Part shown: in pieces, positions 57,401 through 64,000 of the stretch
How positions within the stretch are numbered: the first letter of the stretch is position 1
Layout of the letters: each line of letters begins with the position of its first letter
Virus record (IMG/VR): IMGVR_UViG_3300027736_000020
Location: 32,001 to 96,000 of that record
DNA: 64,000 bases
Direction: 5' to 3' (one strand)
DNA from: a virus
Position numbers and translations under genes: made by a program
Notes under the pieces: generated by a model
Database searches by the model: none
Told to the model about the DNA's origin: nothing
Seen by the model: only the letters and a program-made list of their open reading frames with translations

Positions 57401-57460
57401 ATCAATGTAGGATGCTACTCCCGGAGCGATCAATGTTACTCCATTAAATGAAACTGCCAT
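54428..57460 (-). CDS. Tail sheath protein with large internal insertion
   Basis: MAVSFNGVTLIAPGV; MGEAVRGEPGKP; HCKNM...KKER; NGVL; RREISTMRCAD...VGDAIYVDFSISPAIPANY. Confidence 0.95.
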   Translation of the reverse strand: MAVSFNGVTLIAPGVASYIDDNNASFAAAPSTGPEMVIMGEAVRGEPGKPLAFSNYNTALAYYGDPDPVTNPLVFGLRKAFNAGAPRVIAVRIGSPITTTTAAGSSIAATASQATTSFSPFTLTAKEYGYYGNSWLLSLANASNGKTGYKKITLTRDGGATFVTDNVGLDLLKVEYINNDGASNVNAAANLASIIPKVRITGTGIELTATSGNPSETSTVTAGNLVQGRYYTISQNTAPANVVKTATLTSNALNANSAMTVGTVTAGTSVIPATAVNTVSRAGYTVTGTGFSGIMTEGTITFGDGGVFTGSISGTTLTVTAATATLGVNVAIGGTGVLPGTKISALGTGTTGVGTYTVQVNGAATSQTVVSTTMVAFSTVAKIVSVTDAQTLLTDSTGTIASCQYSIAYGWTYALTGALVSNGIINPTSVITVAATTPATVATGAITTNGTIWTVTHGAGYQFPPGTLVKLAGLSPTEYNGTHVVNTSISGTSFTIANTSTVAAVATAGTATPVSSLGLNPVIASVSDNGTAYTITVTVAGQTGYGVPTAPVAPIAAVTDKVTFTTAFATDFRLLGSSGTTPNAVGTSFTASAAGGKGTGTVTYTSVPTDISGSNFRLDNTTDQLTWAKYPQLSSIIQKVNQGYIANGTGWKLSLASGNTDAGFSSTNLDILAETTVPSSSAIAVASSTANTILRGNIYRIYQTLLGDVYSPHFSVVKTGTASSIANGSYGFSGAVQSAVTAYHWDYALTQLESAETVEVICPMTANSVIQSAVLEHCKNMALPTGKKERFAVFGGPSGQSVTDVKTLASSFNDKRAVVVWPGIKDYDEDGNLITWSPVYLAPYIAGLLYAQRDPSIPLTNKTVNLLALETIAKPSDIDDLAANGVLAIKYEASRGFVVAQSLTTWTGDTRYVRREISTMRCADIVMKRVRNSVRDLVGSRLDGALIQEITRRVNTTLIYADSAGLIVGNAFNPAYKDLDVRTVGDAIYVDFSISPAIPANYLLITAHIL

Positions 57461-57503
57461 ATCGTTCTCCTTTTATCGTTGTTTCTTTTTACTATTTTCT
57501 CAT

Positions 57504-57929
57504 TTATATGGGTTCATGCATCCAGCTTGTGAATTGATGCTCCCAAAATGAAGGGGGCGCGTAATACCATCCATTTCTTGCGGCTATGATCCTGAATCCA
57601 GCAAGCAAAGGGCGGGAATGATATTTCAATTCCTCTATCCATTCATCATATGAACAGGCTCTTTCTGCTTCCGGCTCCGGAGGAGGATCACCAACCCACT
57701 CAGCTAATGGCTGCACAGGAACAGGAACTCTTCCTCTTGTGAGGAAGAAGATGTGTTCGCGTAATGCTTCCTCTTCCTCTGCTTGCTGCAATGCAAGCGC
57801 TTCTGCGCTTGGTTCGACAACCGCTTCGGCCACTGGTTCTTCAGCTACAACTTCCTCAACAGGCGCATCTTCCACGATTGTCTCCTCGCTTGTCTCACCA
57901 ACAACTGGTGTTTTTCTGGACCTTGCCAT
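57504..57929 (-). CDS. Hypothetical protein upstream of sheath
   Basis: 141 aa; acidic disordered N-terminus and compact Trp-rich C-terminus. Confidence 0.7.
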   Translation of the reverse strand: MARSRKTPVVGETSEETIVEDAPVEEVVAEEPVAEAVVEPSAEALALQQAEEEEALREHIFFLTRGRVPVPVQPLAEWVGDPPPEPEAERACSYDEWIEELKYHSRPLLAGFRIIAARNGWYYAPPSFWEHQFTSWMHEPI

Positions 57930-57949
57930 TTTTGTTCTCCAATTTTATT

Positions 57950-58600
57950 TTATGTGTTTACCGTACCCAATTCAATGCTTGAGGCAAATCCATATTTACC
58001 AAAGGAGCTTCCTCTCCATTGATGAATGTAACTACACGTAACACTAAGTGTTCTGGCAAATGCAACATTAGGAAGAAAGTTTTGATCAGGACGAAGGTCT
58101 CCACCGGAATACGATAGATCCGTGATTCCCATTTGTTCATAGGGCACAATGTATGGCTCGTTGCTTGTGGGAGTTTCTCCCTCAGCAAGAGCCCGTTGAA
58201 TAACCAGATACATTGCGGTGATCATGTCTGAATTTGGAGCGACAAGAAAAAAATTGAATCTTGCCGTCTTTATCCTTCCATGCAAGTCATAGTGAGCAGT
58301 CTCAATACCCTTGGCATCATAGGAGGTATCCTGACCCATGTAATTGCCAAGTACCTGCTGCCTGTCCGATTCAATATCCATTGTCTGCGCAACGATGGGA
58401 GGAGTCTGGGTAAGCAGACTCCATCCCTTGCCAATCGTCCACTCGAATCGATCATCCATGAGCCATTTCTTGGTCATGACCTTGCTTTTCTCGTCAAGGA
58501 AGTAGAAGATCTCATCGAGTTTTTCGGGAAATTCCCCAGCACGCATTCGCTTGTAGAAATCATTGATCCTGTTGATGAACACGTACTCGGCAACAGACAT
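57950..58600 (-). CDS. Probable tail terminator / tail completion protein
   Basis: Position before the sheath; YSGGDLRPD...FARTLSVTC. Call rests mostly on synteny. Confidence 0.55.
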   Translation of the reverse strand: MSVAEYVFINRINDFYKRMRAGEFPEKLDEIFYFLDEKSKVMTKKWLMDDRFEWTIGKGWSLLTQTPPIVAQTMDIESDRQQVLGNYMGQDTSYDAKGIETAHYDLHGRIKTARFNFFLVAPNSDMITAMYLVIQRALAEGETPTSNEPYIVPYEQMGITDLSYSGGDLRPDQNFLPNVAFARTLSVTCSYIHQWRGSSFGKYGFASSIELGTVNT

Positions 58601-58604
58601 GATA

Positions 58605-58985
58605 TTAGCTTCGCACCGCAGAGAAATGAGCAGTTACATTCGATGCTGCAGTCAATCGGTAATACCTGAACGCAGTTGCCGTATTGAAATTAAATGTCTG
58701 TACCGTTGCTGCCGCAGTTGTACTGCAAATGGTTAGAAATGTCGATCCATCAAGAGATCCTTGCACATTAATTATTGTTGCTGTCTTACTGTCAACAACA
58801 AAACTATTTCGGCCCGGAAGATCATAAATATCACTTGCCTGCGACGCATTCAAGGCATTCAAGATAACCGTTGGTACTACAGACAAATACCAATACCTCA
58901 TTGCATCATTGACATCATCAATTACAAAGGATCCACTTGGCAATGTGGTAAGTTTTGCCAGTCTTGCTTGTCCTAGTGTAGCCAT
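58605..58985 (-). CDS. Small beta-sandwich virion protein (possible head decoration)
   Basis: QGSLDGSTFLTI...AFRYYRLT resembles the discoidin / F5-8 type C motif. Confidence 0.5.
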   Translation of the reverse strand: MATLGQARLAKLTTLPSGSFVIDDVNDAMRYWYLSVVPTVILNALNASQASDIYDLPGRNSFVVDSKTATIINVQGSLDGSTFLTICSTTAAATVQTFNFNTATAFRYYRLTAASNVTAHFSAVRS

Positions 58986-59431
58986 CAGTTTTCCTCAACT
59001 CTCGCGAAATGATCCGGATACTTTTCAACCATGTAATCCACAGCATATTTGGGAAGCGCAATTGGTTCATGATTCCTGACAACAAAACTCATGATTTCAC
59101 CATTGGGATGACGTTCAAGAACGTCAAATTCAATCGACGATGAAGCTGAATACGCAGGAATCTCTTCGGGAATCCAACGAATGTGATGCATCATTTTTTC
59201 TTCCGGCAATATCTCTGGAGGACGCTGATCTGATTGATCAGAAAGTTGCACGGCAGATCGTGAAGATACGGACTTTGCCGCTTCTTCCGCAATCATGATT
59301 GCAAGTTTTGGATCAGCACCATTTTCTATGGATTGAATTGCCTGAAGAGCAATCTCCTGCTGCTTCTCACTTGAAATTCTCAATCTCTCCCTTGCTTCCT
59401 CTGCAAGCTGTTCTGCACTTTTTCTGGCCAT
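58985..59431 (-). CDS. Hypothetical protein downstream of capsid gene
   Basis: 148 aa; SD GAGG upstream. Confidence 0.7.
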   Translation of the reverse strand: MARKSAEQLAEEARERLRISSEKQQEIALQAIQSIENGADPKLAIMIAEEAAKSVSSRSAVQLSDQSDQRPPEILPEEKMMHHIRWIPEEIPAYSASSSIEFDVLERHPNGEIMSFVVRNHEPIALPKYAVDYMVEKYPDHFARVEEN

Positions 59432-59445
59432 GAAAATCCTCTTTC

Positions 59446-59494
59446 CTGAAAAAGAAAAACCGCCGGGAATGGTTACCCGTTTCCCCGGCGGTTT
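59446..59494 (-). terminator. Intrinsic terminator after major capsid gene
   Basis: Stem AAACCGCCGGG / CCCGGCGGTTT followed on the minus strand by a U-rich tail. Confidence 0.8.
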
Positions 59495-59520
59495 CTCAAC
59501 GCTATTGAAGTATAGCAGTA

Positions 59521-61266
59521 TTAGTTGAGCGCACCAACGTTCTTGAAGATGAACTGGCGCTCAGGCGACTTGAGAACAAGTGTATGATACAGAAGCAGCA
59601 AGTACTCAAACGTGGTGTTCGTCGGAGCGAGCGGCATCTTGAGCAGTGGCGACATCTGCGCGATACAGAGGTCAGCCGAATTGCGGCAGATCAGCGGCGC
59701 AATGTTCGTGCCACCACGGAAGTTGTTGTACAACTCCGGCGTGCCATTGCGATCCGTGAACGTACCAGCCGTTCCCGGAAGATGTCCGACATACTGCCAG
59801 CGATTGGCACCACTGCTGTCAGTAGCACCAAATCCCGGAGTCGCTTCTCCGGAAGCATTCAACTTGCAACGATAGATTCGGAAAGACTTCGCCTTATCAA
59901 CCGCAGGAACAGTAAGAATGACCGAATCTCCAGCAGCAACGCTCACCTCAGTTCGCGAAACTGTCGAAGTTACATTGGCAACACTATTCAGTGCAAGATC
60001 AGTAAGACCTGTAGCAGAAGCGATATTGGTGCCGGTAGTGCCAGATACTGCTACGCCATATATAACAGCCGTAGGTGCACTTTCACCTGCATCACTTACT
60101 GCCGAGATGCCATAGGCATAGTAGCCAACTTCCATGTTGGAAACAAAGCCAGATGAAGCATTATGCGCCGCAGTGATGACCAATTGACCACCAGACGCAG
60201 GAGCAGCAGGAACACCAGTTCCAGAATCACCAGTGGTAAGCGGGGCTCCACCTTCCACCGGCTCGGTGAAGATCGACCACTCGAAAGGAATGACTCCGAA
60301 CGATGTGGACTGTCCGACAATCGACAAACCGGCGAGAAGATTGGTTCGAGCCGAAGTCGAAAGATCAGAGCGATCAACACTGGTGCCCGGTCCAAACGGA
60401 ACGTTGGCAACGTTATTGATGCTTCCCAACTGTGTAGAGTAGCGCAGCTTGCCAAAATCCTCGATGTTCTGCGGGCTCATGAACAATGTGACATCCTGAA
60501 ACGAAAGAAGCTTGCCTTCCGTCACGAGACGGGAAGCAGTATTCGCCAGAACATCCATCGTGAGCGGCTTGCCCTTCATGTCAATGATGTTCTTCTTGCG
60601 TTTGGTTGTAAGCTGCTTGAGAAGACCATCATAGTTCGAATCCGAACCCGAAGCATCCAGAATCGCTTCGTCACCATACATGACGGCTCTTTCGATTCTT
60701 TGCATGAAATCCATGGTGCGGCCAAGCTGATCCTCAGCAACCGGATCGACGGACATTCCGCCAAGGATGTTGGTCAGCACTGCCGGATGAGTCACACCAC
60801 CGCGAGTTCCGAGGAACTTCACGTATGCCCCATTACGGCTCCACTGACCAGCTCCACCCGTAGGAGCGCCACCTTCGGCAAATCCGAAATGTCCTCTGGT
60901 CGAACCATAGGAATCACGACGGTTCCACTGATAGAATGGCTGCTTCGACGGCTCCTTGTGAAGGAAGCGAAAAATCTTGAGATGCTCGGCAGTCGCAAGA
61001 ACGCTTGTCATCGTGTTGTCAAGGTTCTCAAGACGCAATGCACTGCCTTGTCCAGCTCCCTGACCACCCGAGTTTGGGTAGACAGGACCATACTGATTCG
61101 ATCCAGCCGTGGTGACAATACCCGTGTTGAGAGCCTTGCGAATCTCGTCAACGATGTCATCTCCTCCGAACTGCTGACGGCTCCAGTCCCGGACAGTCAT
61201 ATCGAAGCTTTTGTTCAGGGGCTCCGGCCTGCGGTACCCCGAAGGGAATTCTGTTAAAAGCGACAT
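59521..61266 (-). CDS. Major capsid protein
   Basis: GSALRLENLDNTMT...FAEGG...VKFLG..GGVT...MDFMQRIERAVMYGD...FDGL-like YDGLLK...IIDMKGKPLT...QMSPLLKMPLA; similar in layout to SPO1/Twort-type capsid proteins. Confidence 0.92.
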   Translation of the reverse strand: MSLLTEFPSGYRRPEPLNKSFDMTVRDWSRQQFGGDDIVDEIRKALNTGIVTTAGSNQYGPVYPNSGGQGAGQGSALRLENLDNTMTSVLATAEHLKIFRFLHKEPSKQPFYQWNRRDSYGSTRGHFGFAEGGAPTGGAGQWSRNGAYVKFLGTRGGVTHPAVLTNILGGMSVDPVAEDQLGRTMDFMQRIERAVMYGDEAILDASGSDSNYDGLLKQLTTKRKKNIIDMKGKPLTMDVLANTASRLVTEGKLLSFQDVTLFMSPQNIEDFGKLRYSTQLGSINNVANVPFGPGTSVDRSDLSTSARTNLLAGLSIVGQSTSFGVIPFEWSIFTEPVEGGAPLTTGDSGTGVPAAPASGGQLVITAAHNASSGFVSNMEVGYYAYGISAVSDAGESAPTAVIYGVAVSGTTGTNIASATGLTDLALNSVANVTSTVSRTEVSVAAGDSVILTVPAVDKAKSFRIYRCKLNASGEATPGFGATDSSGANRWQYVGHLPGTAGTFTDRNGTPELYNNFRGGTNIAPLICRNSADLCIAQMSPLLKMPLAPTNTTFEYLLLLYHTLVLKSPERQFIFKNVGALN

Positions 61267-61287
61267 AGTAGTTCTCCTTTTTCCTTT

Positions 61288-62886
61288 TTAGTAAGACTGC
61301 GCCTTGTTCAAGATCCGCTCTTGCAACTTCGGAGGAAGCTGCTTGAACACTCCCACTGGACCAGTAGTCGGACTATCAGTCTCAGTTAACCACCGCAGGG
61401 CTTCTTTCGGCGAAAATTCGCCATCAAGAACAGATTGTTGAATGATGGAACCAACCAACGACTTGGTAAGACGTTGCTCAGTGTCCGTTCCATCGACAAT
61501 TGCACGACCTGTGTCATCGATCATGACGTTTGCCTTGCGAAGGGCCTGACCCTCAACAAGAACCCTGCCATTCATGAGCACTCCGGGGTTCATTTCGCGC
61601 ATGTCTTCGCCGCCATTGGCAAAGGACTTGTTCAATGTTCCACCGTTTTGTGCAAGCGCAGCTGTGGATTTCGCCATTCTTTCAAGACCCAAGGCAAGTG
61701 CGGCTTGAGACTTGACAACAGTGCTTACCGCATTGGCAAGCATTGCCGTGGACTGATACTGCTCTTCGCGAACTGCCTCCACCTGCTCGGAAATGTCAGA
61801 GAGGAAACGTCCGAAAACATTCACCATCTGAGCAAGTTCCTTGCTGGCTTCGACAACTTCGGCGACTCGGGCACCGTCAGGACCATCAACGAGAGCCTTG
61901 TGAATATCACCGAGTTGAACAGGCGAAAAGCTCTTCTTGGTCATCTTCTTCTTCGCTCTGGCACGGGCCATTGCTCGAAGACGTGAATCCTGCTCTTCAT
62001 CCTCTTCCTCGTCCTCATCATCTATGCCATCGCCATCCGCATCGTCCTCGTCGTCTTCTTCGTCATCGTCGTCTTCTTCGTCGTATTCGTCGTCTTCGTC
62101 GTCGTCATCGTCATCGTCATCGTCGTTACGACCGTATGCCTTACCCATGGGCATACCCTTGCCATCTTCTTCTTCTTCTGGGTCCATGTCATCATCGGCA
62201 CCCTGAGCACCATCACCGGCACCCATTCCGCCCGGACCACCCGGACCACCCGGACCACCCGGACCACCCGGACCACCCTGTTGGGATTGCATTCGGCGCT
62301 GCAGTTCCTGCATCACCATCTGCTTCTGTTCTGGGGTGAGCTTGGCCCACATGGCGGGATCAATGCCCGGAGGACAAGGAATGTCTCCGCCCTCGTCATC
62401 CTCGCCACCCGGAGGAGGTCCACCTTGAGGAGGTCCACCCATCGGTCCACCCGGAGGAGGCCCACCCATCGGTCCACCCGGAGGAGGTCCACCCATCGGT
62501 CCACCCGGAGGAGGTCCACCCGGCATGGCCTTGCCCATCTTGGGAAGAGCAGTGCTCTGCTGATTCTTGGCATGCTTGCCCCTGCGCTTGTTGCTGCTTC
62601 CTTCGACATTCTGCGCATTGGAATAGACACCCGCAAACTTCTCGGGATTGATCAGTCCACGCTTGCCCATTCTCAGGATGTCAGGCGATCCGCCATCGAT
62701 TTCCTTTCCAAAAGGCGAAGTCAGAATCTTACCCTGAAGATTTCCCTTGTCGGTGATCGTGCCACTCTTGGCCAGATCGATCAACCCGGAAACAGCTTTG
62801 TCCAAAACGGACAACGCATCAGGGATGTTATGCTGATTCAATTCCCTTTCTAACTTGGCACGAGCCGCGTTCATTTCATTAGCCAT
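61288..62886 (-). CDS. Probable capsid scaffold protein with large low-complexity regions
   Basis: Between protease and capsid genes; coiled-coil C-half; Gly/Pro repeats and a poly-Asp/Glu tract. Confidence 0.6.
   Translation of the reverse strand: MANEMNAARAKLERELNQHNIPDALSVLDKAVSGLIDLAKSGTITDKGNLQGKILTSPFGKEIDGGSPDILRMGKRGLINPEKFAGVYSNAQNVEGSSNKRRGKHAKNQQSTALPKMGKAMPGGPPPGGPMGGPPPGGPMGGPPPGGPMGGPPQGGPPPGGEDDEGGDIPCPPGIDPAMWAKLTPEQKQMVMQELQRRMQSQQGGPGGPGGPGGPGGPGGMGAGDGAQGADDDMDPEEEEDGKGMPMGKAYGRNDDDDDDDDDEDDEYDEEDDDDEEDDEDDADGDGIDDEDEEEDEEQDSRLRAMARARAKKKMTKKSFSPVQLGDIHKALVDGPDGARVAEVVEASKELAQMVNVFGRFLSDISEQVEAVREEQYQSTAMLANAVSTVVKSQAALALGLERMAKSTAALAQNGGTLNKSFANGGEDMREMNPGVLMNGRVLVEGQALRKANVMIDDTGRAIVDGTDTEQRLTKSLVGSIIQQSVLDGEFSPKEALRWLTETDSPTTGPVGVFKQLPPKLQERILNKAQSY
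62231..62278. repeat. 9-bp tandem repeat (cccggacca)x5, encoding GGP
   Basis: Directly visible at 62231-62278. Confidence 0.95.
62406..62521. repeat. 27-bp tandem repeat encoding GGPPPGGPM
   Basis: ccacccggaggaggtccacccatcggt units, about 4 copies. Confidence 0.9.
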
Positions 62887-62897
62887 AAATTTTCTCC

Positions 62898-63944
62898 TTA
62901 ATGGATAGTTTGAGCCTTGAATAATCTGGAGTTCTTGGCAAGAACTTCAGCAGCCAACATTGGCTGTATTCCACAACAGTACACAAGATGATCTAATGCT
63001 CCTTGATATCCTTTCTTGAATTGTTCATTCATTTTGCAGTTATTATCATCCATGCAATCATCATACAACATGGAGATAATTTCTGTAAAATCGTCCATGG
63101 AATACAGCGATTTCTTAAGACGGGAGTTACCCACTGCTGCATCCATTTTCTTCCTCTGGGCAGTTTGAGAAACAAGATTTTCTGTTGTCAAAACAGCAGG
63201 CCCAGTTGATCCGGGCCCCATGTTTCCTGTATTGCCAAGCCCAAACGTTTTTTCAAAATACAAGGACTTCACAAGTTCGCCAAAGCTCTTGAAAATGAAA
63301 TGAGGAACATTATTGTCAAGGGTGTCAATCATCACTGAGTCCTGAACCTTGAATCCTTGGCTTTTCGCCATGACACAACGGGCTACCGCTTGGGCATTGA
63401 CAGGTTCATGTGTTGCCGCCATGTGACGAACCACTGTTTCAGCAAGAACCGTTCCCTGACGGACCCGAACTCCGCCTTCGACGGAGAACCCTAGGAAACG
63501 GTCTTCTCCAATCCCTGATGCATCCTCCAGAGCCTTGGAAAGACCCCAGACTGCTTCGGATCTTGGCATGCTTTCGAAAAGGAGTGCGCGGAAAAATGTG
63601 GCAGGAAGTCCATTTGGTGTATTTGGGCCACCCGGAAGCTTGATGACTTCAAGGGGCTTTCCAATCTGGTCTTCTGGAGCGTGACTATGATTCCAATTCA
63701 AATATCCTTTTTCGAGCAAATACGAGCAATCCATTTTGTCCTGAATGACAACCTCCCCTTGTTGATCCTTGTCTTCAGTAGACGCAATACCCTCGATGAT
63801 GCGACCTGTCTTGATATCACCGGTCTTGTTCGTATATTGACCAACAAATGCCTTGCTAAACATGAGCGGAACCTGAAATGTCGCAGTGACGCCCTCGCTT
63901 ACCAAACTTTGCCGATGTTGTTTCAGAGATTCAAGCTGATTCAT
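62898..63944 (-). CDS. Prohead protease
   Basis: IIEGIASTEDKDQQGEVV...GYLNWNH...GKPL...LGFSVEG...PVN are HK97-like protease motifs; located upstream of scaffold and capsid genes. Confidence 0.9.
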   Translation of the reverse strand: MNQLESLKQHRQSLVSEGVTATFQVPLMFSKAFVGQYTNKTGDIKTGRIIEGIASTEDKDQQGEVVIQDKMDCSYLLEKGYLNWNHSHAPEDQIGKPLEVIKLPGGPNTPNGLPATFFRALLFESMPRSEAVWGLSKALEDASGIGEDRFLGFSVEGGVRVRQGTVLAETVVRHMAATHEPVNAQAVARCVMAKSQGFKVQDSVMIDTLDNNVPHFIFKSFGELVKSLYFEKTFGLGNTGNMGPGSTGPAVLTTENLVSQTAQRKKMDAAVGNSRLKKSLYSMDDFTEIISMLYDDCMDDNNCKMNEQFKKGYQGALDHLVYCCGIQPMLAAEVLAKNSRLFKAQTIH

Positions 63945-64000
63945 TGTTTTTGGCCATCCTCAAAAAAAACAGACCATCTTTATCACCGAGAATGCAATAC

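Larger units (their letters stand above)
1..63944 (-). mobile_element. Bacteriophage (contractile-tailed) virion morphogenesis region
   Basis: Co-oriented, tightly packed genes for protease, capsid, sheath, tube, chaperones, tape measure, hub, spike and baseplate; no host housekeeping genes, integrase or att site seen. Confidence 0.97.

Noticed and set aside
59509-59514. TATACT just after the capsid stop as a promoter
   Set aside because: It lies upstream of the terminator hairpin in the direction of transcription, so a transcript from it would terminate at once.
60163-62853. Plus-strand ORFs 60163..61257, 61435..61986, 61743..62339 and 62281..62853
   Set aside because: Antisense to capsid and scaffold genes; low complexity explained by the sense-strand repeats.
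1-64000. tRNA, rRNA or structured ncRNA genes
   Set aside because: Intergenic gaps are too short (mostly under 70 nt) and no cloverleaf or rRNA signature was recognised.

Overview
This window is the virion structural and morphogenesis region of a large contractile-tailed phage (myovirus), and every credible gene is on the minus strand. In transcription order: prohead protease, a Gly/Pro- and Asp/Glu-rich scaffold-like protein, major capsid protein, small head/neck genes, probable tail terminator, tail sheath, tail tube, two tail-assembly-chaperone ORFs apparently joined by a +1 frameshift, tape measure with a lytic transglycosylase domain, baseplate hub and central spike. A block of about 26 kb of fibre, adaptor and lectin genes follows. 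Then come a tube-initiator-like protein, a LysM-gp25 fusion, baseplate J, a wedge protein, a tail fibre, four accessory ORFs and a metallophosphoesterase that runs off the window edge and is absent from the ORF track. The capsid-to-tube gene order resembles SPO1/Twort-like (Herelleviridae-type) phages (inference). The strongest observations are: (1) a prfB-like signal (AGG GGA UCU UUU CGA) for +1 frameshifting in the chaperone gene; (2) a kit of several small beta-rich domains inserted, sometimes nested, into loops of sheath, baseplate, fibre and capsid proteins; (3) a GC-rich 23-nt DNA repeat bounding exchangeable cassettes in three fibre genes; (4) a repeated fibre/adaptor/tip gene pattern suggesting a branched adhesion apparatus. 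All family calls come from motifs recognised by eye; no database search was run, and domain boundaries are approximate.
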